A stretch of DNA of 53,601 nucleotides from Bacteriovoracaceae bacterium (GCA_018649885.1 JABIHA010000074.1:62001-115601), one strand, 5' to 3'. Positions 36,828 through 47,459 are shown, numbered from the stretch's first letter. Numbers and translations are program-made. Notes: generated by a model not told the origin, from the sequence alone.

Positions 36828-38051
36828 ATGGCCCAAAATATTAACGAACAAAATTCACAGCGAGACTTTAGAAAAAAACTTTTCGTTTTAAGTGAACACG
36901 AGTCCGCTTCTCTTCCGCTAGAACAACAGTGGTTTTTAAAAGTCGGCGAAAAGATTTTTGGTCCCTACTCAGAAATCAATATGCAGACCTATTTAGATTT
37001 TCACAAAAAATATCCAAAAGAGACTATGGTTGCCAACTCTAGAGAAAACGTTTGGCTCTCTCCATTTGAAGTACCTTCTTTCAATAGAAGAAAACCTCAA
37101 ATGAAAATCGCCAAAAACATTGAAGATGGTGGTGAGGAAAAGATTTATTCACTGTGGGTAGACGGTCATAGAAAGGGTCCATTTTCCGAAAGTGAAATTA
37201 ATGAGCTGATTGATAAAAAAGAAATCCTATACACGGATACCCTGAGTGTAGACAACGGACAAAGCTGGATTAAGGTACATGAAAATCCTGCATTTGATCG
37301 AAGAGCAGATGAGCTCCCACCAAAAGAGCTACCCTTCACTCCTGATGTTCCGGATCTTGGTAATACTGATCCTGCTTACAACCTAGAGTATATTCCAGGC
37401 CTTGGTACTTCAAAGGCAATTGTGGAACTTGCCATGATGGGCCGCCAGGATCGCAATGAAATATTCTCAAAGGCCCAAAAGGTTACAGAAAAAAAATCAA
37501 AATTTAAATTTCCAAGTGGAATCAATATATTAAAATCAAAATTTTTTAAAATTTTATCAGCTCTTTGTCTCCTGGGTGCTCTGGCCTATGGCGGGTATGC
37601 TCTGTACGCTTTAATGCCAAAAAAGGCTGAAACTGCTCCAAAGAAGATAAAAGCTCCACCCAAAAGAGCAGCTAGGAAAAGGCCTGTTATCAAAAAAGCG
37701 GCTCCTAAAAGGCCTACTGCGCCGAAAGTAAGAGCGAAGGTCATTCCACCACCGCCTCCGCCAAAACCACCATCACTTAATCAGGCACCGAGGGATCCAG
37801 ATCCTTTTGAAAACCAATACAAAGAACCCGAGTACAAAGAAGAGTATCCAAACGGCGGTGAAGAGAATTTACCACCAGAGGTAGATAACCCTGAAGCGGC
37901 TCCCCTTGGAGAGGATGAATTTCAGGGGCTTCTAGAAGAGGTGGGAGAAGAACTTCCGGCAGAAGGTCTCAGTCAAGAAGAAATCATGCAGCACATGCAA
38001 GAGTATGGCGGTGATGAAGCGGAACTTCTTCCAGAAGAAGTAGAGTACTAG
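36828..38051 (+). CDS. Bitopic membrane protein with tandem GYF_2 (DUF4339)-like domains and a Pro/Lys-rich then acidic tail
   Basis: Two copies of a W/Y-x7-9-GP(Y/F)S...W pattern; a single TM (ILSALCLLGALAYGGYALYAL); PPPPPPKPP. Confidence 0.75.
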   Translation: MAQNINEQNSQRDFRKKLFVLSEHESASLPLEQQWFLKVGEKIFGPYSEINMQTYLDFHKKYPKETMVANSRENVWLSPFEVPSFNRRKPQMKIAKNIEDGGEEKIYSLWVDGHRKGPFSESEINELIDKKEILYTDTLSVDNGQSWIKVHENPAFDRRADELPPKELPFTPDVPDLGNTDPAYNLEYIPGLGTSKAIVELAMMGRQDRNEIFSKAQKVTEKKSKFKFPSGINILKSKFFKILSALCLLGALAYGGYALYALMPKKAETAPKKIKAPPKRAARKRPVIKKAAPKRPTAPKVRAKVIPPPPPPKPPSLNQAPRDPDPFENQYKEPEYKEEYPNGGEENLPPEVDNPEAAPLGEDEFQGLLEEVGEELPAEGLSQEEIMQHMQEYGGDEAELLPEEVEY

Positions 38052-38111
38052 CCCACTATCCACACTACAAATTCATGGACATGAAAGAGGCGTCTTGGTA
38101 GATTTTTCACC

Positions 38112-38765
38112 ATGACACCACATATGATGCCCCCAAAAAAAGGCCTTCTTATTTCACTCGAGGGAATAGAGGGGGCAGGAAAATCAGCTCAAACCCAGAC
38201 CATTGAAAATTACTTTAAAAATATTGGCATGAATGTCGTAAAACTTAGAGAACCTGGTGGCTCGAAATTTGGCGAGGGCCTAAGAAATGTCATTTTGAAT
38301 TCAGAAACGGACATATCTCCCCTAGCACAGGCGCATCTCTTTGCATCGGCGAGGGCCCAGCTACTGGAAGAAATTGTTCTGCCGCTACTTAAAGAAAAAG
38401 AAAACGTTGTACTGCTTGATCGGTACGTAGACTCTAGCTTTGCTTATCAAGGGGTGGCCCTAGGGCTTGGAATTAAAACCATTCAAGAAATTCACGCCCA
38501 TCCTCCACTAAACCTCCTTCCCGATATTACATTTTATCTAAGAATCACTGTGGAGCTTTCCATGGAAAGGCAAAAAAAGCGTGGCGGAGGAAAAGATTTT
38601 TTTGAGAAAAACCCCAAAGAGTTTTACCAGAAGTTGGTTGAAGGCTTTGACCTAGTGGCAAAGACCTATCCCAAACGAGTAAAATGCATTCGTGCAGAAA
38701 ACTCAATAGAAGAAGTATCACGTGAAATTGAGGAGTACTTAGAAAAGTGGATGAAAAACAGATAA
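38112..38765 (+). CDS. tmk: Thymidylate kinase
   Basis: Motifs EGIEGAGKS, REPGG and LDRYVDSSFAYQG. Confidence 0.96.
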   Translation: MTPHMMPPKKGLLISLEGIEGAGKSAQTQTIENYFKNIGMNVVKLREPGGSKFGEGLRNVILNSETDISPLAQAHLFASARAQLLEEIVLPLLKEKENVVLLDRYVDSSFAYQGVALGLGIKTIQEIHAHPPLNLLPDITFYLRITVELSMERQKKRGGGKDFFEKNPKEFYQKLVEGFDLVAKTYPKRVKCIRAENSIEEVSREIEEYLEKWMKNR

Positions 38766-39550
38766 AGAGCAAGCTCCTCCAGGCCTTCAAGGCAGGAGAG
38801 CAAGGCCATTTTTATATTCTGAAAGCCGGACAATTGGAGTTTGCAAACCTTTGGATCCAAGACTTTTGCATGACACTTGCAGGTGCTTCTAGCTTAGAAA
38901 AATTGCACAACCACGTAGATTTTTTACTCTTAGGGGAATCGCTGGCAAGAGATAAGGACTATACTGCTGCTGAGCTAAGTGAATTTTTTCATTTTGGCCA
39001 ATTTGCTCCCATGAAGCTTCCCTATAAAATTATTGTTGTTTATGCTTCACACCTAATTAGTGAAAATAACTCTAATAAAATGCTTAAATCACTTGAAGAG
39101 CCCATACCAGGACTTTCCATCTTCTTTGTCACCAAAAATGACCAGACCCTTTTGCCAACGGTTGAATCAAGGGCCACAACACTTTCACTGAAATCGGGAA
39201 AAGATCACCCATGGGCCTCTCAAAAAAGAGATGAGAGCAGAAGTGTTGAAGACTCAATTGTAAGCTACTCTAGTATTTATCCAGACAGAGAGGCCTTCTC
39301 GAAAAAATGGTCACTTCTTTTGAATAAAGAACTTGAATTCTCACAGCTGCTTGAAGCAATGAATGACTTTCCCATGGCAGGCCCTTGGGCCTTAGATTTA
39401 TGCTTGCACTGCGAACAACAAAATGCCAAAAGCTTTTCTCAGCTTGAAAAGTCTCAAGATCTTTTGAATTTTTACGACAAAGGCGCGACATTCCACACGC
39501 CTAAAAGTGAAAGATTTTTTCTCATAGCACAAACTCTAAAAAATCTTTAA
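38747..39550 (+). CDS. holB: DNA polymerase III delta' subunit-like protein (divergent)
   Basis: NKMLKSLEEP and LLPTVESR motifs; lies between tmk and ricT. Confidence 0.78.
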   Translation: MDEKQIKSKLLQAFKAGEQGHFYILKAGQLEFANLWIQDFCMTLAGASSLEKLHNHVDFLLLGESLARDKDYTAAELSEFFHFGQFAPMKLPYKIIVVYASHLISENNSNKMLKSLEEPIPGLSIFFVTKNDQTLLPTVESRATTLSLKSGKDHPWASQKRDESRSVEDSIVSYSSIYPDREAFSKKWSLLLNKELEFSQLLEAMNDFPMAGPWALDLCLHCEQQNAKSFSQLEKSQDLLNFYDKGATFHTPKSERFFLIAQTLKNL

Positions 39551-39636
39551 TATACTGGCCATGTGTGCGCACCTCATAATGACAGACACGGGTGGATCAC
39601 ATACCCTAAAGTATTAAAATTTAACTAACGGATCTG

Positions 39637-41223
39637 ATGATGTCCAACATTAACATACCTGAATCAAGTGAGGATAATCCCACACATGATCGTGAACAAT
39701 ATAGAGAAGAAAAGAAAAATGACCAGCCAAAAAGCGATGACTCTGGTGAAAAGAGAGCACGCTTTAAAGAAGGCCAAACTCTCCAATTTGTAAGAGTGCG
39801 TTTTCCTGGTAACTCAAGATCTTTTCCCTTTCTGGTTGGAAAGAGAAAATTCGTCTATGGGCAAAAAGTTGTGGCCATGTCGGACCGAGGAATGGCCGTA
39901 GGCTATATAAACTCTTTCCCCTACGATGTTTCCTATCAAGAAGAATTAGAGCCCATAAAAAGCATTTCAAAAATTGCCTCTGATGAAGATCTCGAAAAAG
40001 AAAAGAGCTACTTAGAGAGTATTAATAAAGCGGAAAACTTTTGTCTTTCCAGAGTTGAGCATCACAAGCTGGGAATGAATATCACCCACGTTGAATTTAC
40101 TCAATTTGGAAAAAAAGCTGTCTTCTACTTCAATGCTCCTCAACGGGTAGATTTTAGAGGACTCGTTAAAGATCTCGTCTCACATTTAAAAATGAGAATC
40201 GAGCTGAGACAAATTTCACTAAGAGATAGGTCCGCGGCCATCGGAGGCCTTGGCCCCTGTGGAAGACAACTATGTTGCTCTAGCTTTTTAAGCAAATATG
40301 GTCACATCAGTATTAAAATGGCCAAGAACCAAAATATGACCATGAACCCCACCAAGCTAAATGGTGTGTGTGGGCAACTTAAGTGCTGTTTAAAGTATGA
40401 AGATGAAGTCTACAGCGATAGACGCTCTAGCATGCCCGAAGAAGGCACTATGATTTATACAAATAGTGGGGATAAGGGAAAGGTCACTAAACTTAACTTA
40501 ATCGGGGAGCAATTTGATCTTCTCACTGATAGAGGAATTATCAAACGATTTTCACTTGGAGAATACGATACCAATAATTCACTTCCAAAGGACTGGAGCT
40601 TCCCCCAAAAATTTGACAATATTTCTTATGAGACTTCGAGTGTTATTGGTGTTGAGGACTATCAAAAGAAATTGGCAACTCAGTTTAAAGAGGGGCTCAA
40701 CTTCAAATTCCCAGAATTTGAAAACTTGGCCTACAACTACTACAGAGGTCATGAAGGTAATCATATATTAGACGACCAGGAAGAAGAGAAAAGATATGAC
40801 TACATCAATGAGTGGAAAAAAGAAGACCTAACTCAAAATCCATATTTAAATTATGATAGAAATGAACTAGCAGATGAAGAAGAGCTAGAAGATGAATTTG
40901 CAGAAGAAGATGACGCTGAGTTGGAGAGAAAAGATGTAGAAGTGTCAGCGCAAGCTCCATCTCAAAATCAGTCAAATGATCAAAGAAAACAACACAACCG
41001 CTCAAGGCATGGAAGCAAGCAAGGAAAAGACCATGGACGTGGTCCTAAAAATACACAAGAGAATTCTCTTAAAAGTAACGAAGACGAAAGAGACAAAAAC
41101 GAGAAGAAAACCGGAGAAGAAGGCGAGAAGAAAAATCGCAATAGAAACCGCAATCGTAACCGTAATCGAAACCGCAATCGAAACAGAAAAGAAGGCGACA
41201 ACAAGAATAAAACGCAAGATTAG
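39637..41223 (+). CDS. ricT: PSP1/RicT (YaaT) family Fe-S protein with a long charged tail
   Basis: Motifs RVDFRGLVKDL, RIELRQI, GGLGPCGRQLCC and GVCGQLKCCLKYE. Confidence 0.92.
   Translation: MMSNINIPESSEDNPTHDREQYREEKKNDQPKSDDSGEKRARFKEGQTLQFVRVRFPGNSRSFPFLVGKRKFVYGQKVVAMSDRGMAVGYINSFPYDVSYQEELEPIKSISKIASDEDLEKEKSYLESINKAENFCLSRVEHHKLGMNITHVEFTQFGKKAVFYFNAPQRVDFRGLVKDLVSHLKMRIELRQISLRDRSAAIGGLGPCGRQLCCSSFLSKYGHISIKMAKNQNMTMNPTKLNGVCGQLKCCLKYEDEVYSDRRSSMPEEGTMIYTNSGDKGKVTKLNLIGEQFDLLTDRGIIKRFSLGEYDTNNSLPKDWSFPQKFDNISYETSSVIGVEDYQKKLATQFKEGLNFKFPEFENLAYNYYRGHEGNHILDDQEEEKRYDYINEWKKEDLTQNPYLNYDRNELADEEELEDEFAEEDDAELERKDVEVSAQAPSQNQSNDQRKQHNRSRHGSKQGKDHGRGPKNTQENSLKSNEDERDKNEKKTGEEGEKKNRNRNRNRNRNRNRNRNRKEGDNKNKTQD
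41134..41187 (+). repeat. (Asn-Arg)9 dipeptide repeat in the RicT tail
   Basis: aat cgc aat aga aac cgc aat cgt aac cgt aat cga aac cgc aat cga aac aga. Confidence 0.9.
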
Positions 41224-41246
41224 GCGAACACTAAAAGTTAAATTCC

Positions 41247-42476
41247 ATGTCCAAAATTAAAATTTTACACACATCAGATTGGCACCTTGGAAAAAAGTTG
41301 TACAAACAAAGTCGACTTGAAGAAATGGTTAGCTATCTAAATTTCACTAAGAAAATGGTCGAAGAAAATGCCATCACTCACCTACTTATATCAGGTGATG
41401 TATTTGACTCCCCAAATCCTGAAACCACTGCCTATAAACTTTTTTTTGAATTTCTCCACTGTATAAAATGTGACGTCTATATAATTTCTGGAAACCATGA
41501 CAACGGAAAATTTCTAGAGGCACCACTCCCCTTTCTCAAAGATTATCAAATACAAATAATTGGCTCTCTAAGATCAGATCCAATGAAGCACTCATTTAAA
41601 TTGAGGTTTCCCGAAAATTCTGAAAAATTTGTAAACCTAACCCTTCTCCCTTTTTTCAGAAGCACAGAGCTTCTTATATGGGCCGGGGAGCAAGGTCTTG
41701 TATTTGATAAAACCATAAGCTTTGAAGAAAAAATTAATCTCTCACTTGAGTCTTTTTTTGATCACACACCAAAAGGTGGTGAATACTCCATATTAATGCT
41801 TCACCACTTACTTGGAAGTTTTTATTCTGAGGGGACGGAACAAACAGTGCAGGGTTCTGGCATTAACTCCATTGATGTGAAGTTATTAAAAGATCATTTT
41901 GATTATGTGGCCCTAGGCCATATCCACAAATCACAAAATGCCAGGACATCAGGGCCCGTCGCCTTTTATCCCGGCTCGCCTATTCCCATGCGCTTTTCTG
42001 AAGATAGTAAAAAATTTGTAAATATATTAGAGATTTCAGAAAATGGTACAGTGGATATTCAAAAAGTGGTGTTACCCATTTTTAGAGAATTAAAGCGCAT
42101 AAAAGTCAACGACACAAATTTTCAAGAAAAAATTGAAAAGGACTTTGAGCAATCTTCTAGTCGAGTCTCTTTGTTTGAAGCTTGGTATGAAGTTAGCGTG
42201 GAAATCGCACGACCAAAGCTTGGCCTGATCGATCAAATTAGAGATCTCTTTTCTAAACACCAAAAAAGGCTACTTAATGTTAAGCTCGAGCTTGCTGCGG
42301 GCTCGGATGAATCAAGTAAAACCCGCGAGCTATTAAATTTTGACTCTCTTCCAACTCCTACAAAACTGTTTAAATCATATTTTTCTGAAAAGTTTGGTGA
42401 AGCTGAGCTAAGTGAAAAGTTATGCACTCAGTTTGAAACTCTTATAAGCGAAATCCAAGATGGAGAGAGCTTATGA
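41247..42476 (+). CDS. sbcD: Exonuclease SbcCD subunit D
   Basis: Motifs HTSDWHLG, SGDVFD, SGNHD, ALGHIH and YPGSP. Confidence 0.95.
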   Translation: MSKIKILHTSDWHLGKKLYKQSRLEEMVSYLNFTKKMVEENAITHLLISGDVFDSPNPETTAYKLFFEFLHCIKCDVYIISGNHDNGKFLEAPLPFLKDYQIQIIGSLRSDPMKHSFKLRFPENSEKFVNLTLLPFFRSTELLIWAGEQGLVFDKTISFEEKINLSLESFFDHTPKGGEYSILMLHHLLGSFYSEGTEQTVQGSGINSIDVKLLKDHFDYVALGHIHKSQNARTSGPVAFYPGSPIPMRFSEDSKKFVNILEISENGTVDIQKVVLPIFRELKRIKVNDTNFQEKIEKDFEQSSSRVSLFEAWYEVSVEIARPKLGLIDQIRDLFSKHQKRLLNVKLELAAGSDESSKTRELLNFDSLPTPTKLFKSYFSEKFGEAELSEKLCTQFETLISEIQDGESL

Positions 42477-45385
42477 GAATACAAAGCCTTGAAATCCAAA
42501 ATATTGCCTCACTCAAAGGCCAACATATTATAGATTTTGAGAAGCTTTGCCAAAATAGCGACCTCTTTGTCATCACAGGCCCAATTGGCTCAGGCAAATC
42601 AACAATCCTAGGCGCCATCTCACTTGCCCTATATGGCTCACACTATAAAAGTGAGCTCAAATCTTCAGACTTTATCACCCTTGGTGAATCATTTGGAGAA
42701 ATCTTATGCCACTTCCGCATTGGGGAAAACTATTTTGAGGCCTATTGGAAATGCCAAATTCTCTCATCAAAATCCCTTAAACCTTTAAAGGTTCCGAGGA
42801 TAAGTAAATCTCTCAAAAGAAATGGGATACTTATTGAAGAGAAAATCGAAGATATTCTGGGATTAAACTTTTCACAGTTTTCTAAAACAATTCTTCTGGG
42901 TCAAGGCCAATTTGCTAAATACTTAACAAGCCCCTTTTCTGAGAGAAGAGAAATACTAGAGCGCCTCTCTGGTCTTGAGATACTCTCTAAAATTGGCAAG
43001 TCTCTTCGCTCTCAAATTAAAGAGCTCGATTTCAAACATCTTCAACTTGAAAAAAGATTAGATGACCCCCTTTTTGATAAAGAGACTAATGTGGATGAGC
43101 TTAAGATTGAGATTACAGCTCTCAAAAATAAGCGCGACCAATTAAATTCACTGTCGTCAAATTACCAACAACTAAGACAGGGCATTAAGGCCTTGTCCCA
43201 AACTCTCCAAAAGAAAAATCAACAAGTCGGGGCGGGCCTCGTCAACGATGAAGCTCTCAAAGCAAATACCTTCGAGGAAAATAAGCTGCAACAGGCCTTT
43301 TCGCAAAATGAAAAGAATCTTGCGGATCTTGAATCGGCCTTCATTGAAATTTCGCCTATTCTCAAAGAGGCAGTAAAACTCTCCATTCAAAATGAAGAGA
43401 AGATTCAATTAAAAAAATCTCTTGAAAAGAAAATACATATTAAATCTAGTGAGCTAGCTGAAACTGTCAGGGCCCAAAGTAATTTTGAGCTTCAAAATAC
43501 CTCAGTATCCGAGAAGTGGATTGCCATCACCAGTCTGGTGAAGAAGAAATGGCCTGAGTTAGATGGGAAAGACACTGGCGAGCTAAACAAGTTAATCAAA
43601 GAACAAATCGAAAGATTCCATCAACTCATAAGAGGTCTGGACAAAAAAGAAGCTGATGGAGCTCTAAGACTTCAAAAGATTGGCCATCAGATAGACATCT
43701 TTAAAGCAAAAAATCAGCAATTAGAAAAAACTCTCATGCACAGTACTCAAATAAGTAGTCAATATTCTGAAAGTGCATTTGAACTAGAGACCCTTAAAAG
43801 TGAATTTGTAGAAATAGAAAAAAAGAGAGCAGAATACTTTGATGAAAAGGCAATCAATAGATGCAGAGAGTTAGCAAATACCAACGGAGACTGTCCTGTA
43901 TGTAATACAAAGACCGAGGAGGAATTGGCCTCAGTGGACCAACACACAAGCTTAGAGCAAACAAGGTTTGAAAGTCACAAGCTTAAAATTGAAGAACTTA
44001 AACACCAGATGGTGAAATTAAAGGCCAAAATTGAACACTCGCTGTCCTCAGAAAATGAGCTGCGTAGAGAGTTGAGTGCTCTGCTACCTGAAGTGAGCTC
44101 ACAAGTTCCCAATCAAATAGGTAATGAGCTACAAAATCAAAAAGAACAAGGTCTCACTTTGTTAAGTACTATCAGCAGTGAAAAACAACTATTAACGACT
44201 CAGCTTGACCAAGGTAAAAAATGGGATAGTGAATTGGCCTTGTTGATTAAAAATCAAACTGAACTGACACAAATGAGTCAATCCCTTGAAAAACAAAAAA
44301 CGAGGATAATTGATTCAAAAAAAGAAATTGATGGTGAGGTGTCTGAGCTAACAAAGACCATCACCAGTACCCGTGAACTTATATTTTCAAAATGCCATGG
44401 CGAAAACCCAAATGATAAATTATCTCAGCTAGAAAAAACCATCACTGCCGCCAGGGATGCCAAACAAATTGCTCAAAATAAATACCACCAAAAACTAGTT
44501 GAAAGTAAAGAGCTGTGGACTAGAAAGGATCAAATTAAAAGCTATATAAGGGACTTGTTCACCAGCTTTGAAATTCAATTACTAGAGCTTAAGGCGAGCA
44601 GTAGGGAAATGGACGCTCGCCCTGAGCACCATCCCGAGCTAGAGATTGTTAAATTTGAGAAAGTGGTCAATTTTAAAATCACAAGAGAGCATTTTTGTGA
44701 ACAAATCACCCACGAGTTTTTTAATGAACTGGAAGAAATCACGGCCAGAAATTTTGAAAAAGTACGACTTCTTTGTGAGAGTAGAACTTCGAGCTACTAT
44801 GAAAGTCTAGCACAGCTGGAATCCCTTCTTAAAAGACAGAGTTATTTAAAAGAGCTAAAAAAAGAAATTCTAAGCATCAAGACCACCCTAGATGAAAAGG
44901 TTTATCTCTATGAAGTGGTGGGAAAAGAAGATTTTCGAAATTTTGCACTTGGCCTAATCGAGCAAAATATACTGATGATGGCCAACCGGGAGCTTGAAGA
45001 GCTCTTTGATGGCAGATTTCAAATCATCCACTCAGGTGAAGGCAACCGGAAAAATGAATTCTACGTAGTGGACCGACTCCACCACGACGGAATTAGAAAA
45101 GTCTCCACCTTATCTGGAGGCGAAACCTTTCTTGTTTCTCTGGCGCTGAGTTTGGCACTTTCAGATCTATCAAGTGGTAGATCTCAAATAGACTCTCTAT
45201 TTATTGATGAAGGTTTTGGCTCTCTTGATGAAGAAGGACTCGAAGAAGTCCTAGAAGTACTCTTGAAATTAAATCAAAGGGGAAAACAAGTGGGGATTAT
45301 CAGTCACGTCAAACAATTTACCTCCCAAATTCCAAACCAACTTCACCTGGAAAAAAATCTCTTTGGGGAAACTCACATCTCCTAA
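42473..45385 (+). CDS. sbcC: Exonuclease SbcCD subunit C (SMC-like ATPase)
   Basis: Walker A GPIGSGKS, coiled coils, CPVC zinc hook, LSGGETF and FIDEGFGSLD. Confidence 0.95.
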   Translation: MRIQSLEIQNIASLKGQHIIDFEKLCQNSDLFVITGPIGSGKSTILGAISLALYGSHYKSELKSSDFITLGESFGEILCHFRIGENYFEAYWKCQILSSKSLKPLKVPRISKSLKRNGILIEEKIEDILGLNFSQFSKTILLGQGQFAKYLTSPFSERREILERLSGLEILSKIGKSLRSQIKELDFKHLQLEKRLDDPLFDKETNVDELKIEITALKNKRDQLNSLSSNYQQLRQGIKALSQTLQKKNQQVGAGLVNDEALKANTFEENKLQQAFSQNEKNLADLESAFIEISPILKEAVKLSIQNEEKIQLKKSLEKKIHIKSSELAETVRAQSNFELQNTSVSEKWIAITSLVKKKWPELDGKDTGELNKLIKEQIERFHQLIRGLDKKEADGALRLQKIGHQIDIFKAKNQQLEKTLMHSTQISSQYSESAFELETLKSEFVEIEKKRAEYFDEKAINRCRELANTNGDCPVCNTKTEEELASVDQHTSLEQTRFESHKLKIEELKHQMVKLKAKIEHSLSSENELRRELSALLPEVSSQVPNQIGNELQNQKEQGLTLLSTISSEKQLLTTQLDQGKKWDSELALLIKNQTELTQMSQSLEKQKTRIIDSKKEIDGEVSELTKTITSTRELIFSKCHGENPNDKLSQLEKTITAARDAKQIAQNKYHQKLVESKELWTRKDQIKSYIRDLFTSFEIQLLELKASSREMDARPEHHPELEIVKFEKVVNFKITREHFCEQITHEFFNELEEITARNFEKVRLLCESRTSSYYESLAQLESLLKRQSYLKELKKEILSIKTTLDEKVYLYEVVGKEDFRNFALGLIEQNILMMANRELEELFDGRFQIIHSGEGNRKNEFYVVDRLHHDGIRKVSTLSGGETFLVSLALSLALSDLSSGRSQIDSLFIDEGFGSLDEEGLEEVLEVLLKLNQRGKQVGIISHVKQFTSQIPNQLHLEKNLFGETHIS

Positions 45386-45386
45386 A

Positions 45387-46229
45387 TTAAGAATCTATGC
45401 ATGTTAGAAAGACTGTACCTGTTGGATGATAATAGCACTGTACATAGGGAACATAGAGACCATCATTAACTGGTTTTATACTTGATCTCTGGGTATCTAA
45501 TACACCAAATGTCACGTCATCATGAGTGTTACACTTTTCAACCCAATCGTTATAATCATCTTCAGCTGAGTCATAGTCCATTGGAGCGGAAGTCAACCAA
45601 GCGGGATCTACACTATATTTAATCGGATTCGATAATTTGATAGCATTGATTGTCTGCCAGACCGTCGTAACTCCTCCCAAATTTTGAGTGCCTCCACCAG
45701 GAAAGCCAACCAACCATTTTACCCTAAGTGAAACCTCCATATATGGAGTTAGGGAGCTATCATTACTTTGCTGAATAATCCCAGCTTTCGGACAATTTTC
45801 CACAGCAAATAGTGCTCCTGAACCAGTGTACTCACACCCATACTTATCGGAGTCCCCTTCATTAACAACTGAGATTTCATCAATATACCAATAGGCGCGA
45901 TTATTGCTATCATCCTCTTGAAATAATGATCTATCTTGTCTGTCAGTAATACCTGTGAAGGTTTGTCCCAAGGTTATGCCACCATTTGAGACTAGGGTTT
46001 GAGTACAATCCTCTTTACGCCAAAAGATCCCTTCAAGTTGGGCCTTATTTCCAGGCATAGCACTCATAAGAGTTCTATAGGTTTGCTGTCTGGCCTGATA
46101 ACTGGTGAATTTCATGAAAGCGACCATCAGCCCGCCCATAATGGCAGCTGCCACCATCACACCAATTAAGGTCATTCCCAATTCATTTTGAAGAATATGT
46201 TTCTTTGAAGATGATTTCATTTGTCCCAT
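45387..46229 (-). CDS. Prepilin-like (type IV/T2SS pseudopilin-type N-terminus) protein
   Basis: Basic leader, then G|MTLIGVMVAAAIMGGLMVAF; 6 Cys in the globular part. The start may be at 46220. Confidence 0.72.
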   Translation of the reverse strand: MGQMKSSSKKHILQNELGMTLIGVMVAAAIMGGLMVAFMKFTSYQARQQTYRTLMSAMPGNKAQLEGIFWRKEDCTQTLVSNGGITLGQTFTGITDRQDRSLFQEDDSNNRAYWYIDEISVVNEGDSDKYGCEYTGSGALFAVENCPKAGIIQQSNDSSLTPYMEVSLRVKWLVGFPGGGTQNLGGVTTVWQTINAIKLSNPIKYSVDPAWLTSAPMDYDSAEDDYNDWVEKCNTHDDVTFGVLDTQRSSIKPVNDGLYVPYVQCYYHPTGTVFLTCIDS

Positions 46230-46435
46230 GGCCCTATTTTAACCCAAAGTCGAAATTTTTCTATGTCTTTAAAAATGCAAATTTATATTGGCACTCAATT
46301 ATCAATTATAATTCCTATTAAAATAATATCCACTGTTTTTTCAATGACTTGTCATAATTATCAAAAGTTAATTTTAATTATTACCAGAGTCTTTTACAAT
46401 ACTACTGAACAAAAATTTCCCGAGGGGGGAGAAAA

Positions 46436-47404
46436 ATGATCACGCTAAATAAAATCTATCGAGTACTTCTGGTGTCTTTTGTTGTAGCAGCAATACCCTG
46501 CATTTCCTTTGGCGCCACCTCATCCACCAAAACGATTGAAGATGTAGCTAAGTATTCCACTGCAGTCTCAGAAGATTCTCTGGCCAGCATTTCATCCGCA
46601 ACCAGCTTCAATACAGCTGTTTCTCAAGTCAATACTGATCTCACAGCGGTTTTTCTAGCAGACTGGGCCTCCAGGCTAAATAACACGATTAATGTAGCGA
46701 TTCCCAACAATGCAATTATTGAAGAAAAAGCAATTGATTATGAGTGTATTGAGGGAAGCCCTATTCTTAGCTCTTCAAAAACAACTATTGGAGATAAACT
46801 CAGGTACCAGCCTCTTACAATCTCTGAGTTTGGTATTGCCAACTATCTCAATATCAAAAGCTCCGTTTGTGTGGAATCTACTGAAATCGATCTAGAAGAT
46901 CACTATGAAATTGGTTATATCAATTGGGAAGACACCTATCTCAAAAAGGTATGCTACCTTAAAGGTACAGAGGATTATTTTGAAACAAGGTTTGAATTCA
47001 CACCTTGTGCTCAATATGAAGATTCAAGCAAGTGGAATTGTCTAACAGTTGATGTAGTTAATAACGATGGCACTACTGAGGAAAAAACTAATTGTGGAGC
47101 CATTAACGATCTTGTTTCCTACGAATTTTTCTATCCCAATGATGATGACGCTAAAGTCTCTACATGTGGGATGGATTTTACCAAAATAGGGACCATCGAT
47201 ACTGGAATAAAAAGTATTATTGATCTATGTGTCACACATTACAAAGTATTAGATCCACAAATCTATGATCTTATAACTTATACAGCAGCCCCCCCCTCAG
47301 ATGGTGGCGGTTCATCAGGAGGCGGACTCGGCGATGGTGATATACCGCCTCCAGAAGTCGGCCTTGGAGACGATGAAATAGCTGAAGTTGAGGCTGCTTT
47401 TTAA
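46436..47404 (+). CDS. Secreted Cys-rich acidic hypothetical protein
   Basis: Signal peptide, 8 Cys in the mature part, Gly/Pro/acidic tail. GGGAG RBS. Confidence 0.72.
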   Translation: MITLNKIYRVLLVSFVVAAIPCISFGATSSTKTIEDVAKYSTAVSEDSLASISSATSFNTAVSQVNTDLTAVFLADWASRLNNTINVAIPNNAIIEEKAIDYECIEGSPILSSSKTTIGDKLRYQPLTISEFGIANYLNIKSSVCVESTEIDLEDHYEIGYINWEDTYLKKVCYLKGTEDYFETRFEFTPCAQYEDSSKWNCLTVDVVNNDGTTEEKTNCGAINDLVSYEFFYPNDDDAKVSTCGMDFTKIGTIDTGIKSIIDLCVTHYKVLDPQIYDLITYTAAPPSDGGGSSGGGLGDGDIPPPEVGLGDDEIAEVEAAF

Positions 47405-47459
47405 AAAAGAAAGCCTGCCTTCCATCGGGATATTAAATTTAATTAAAGTTTTCATCAAT

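Noticed and set aside
46288..46304. TTGGCAC upstream of the Cys-rich gene as a sigma54 promoter
   Set aside because: The -12 position reads TC rather than GC.
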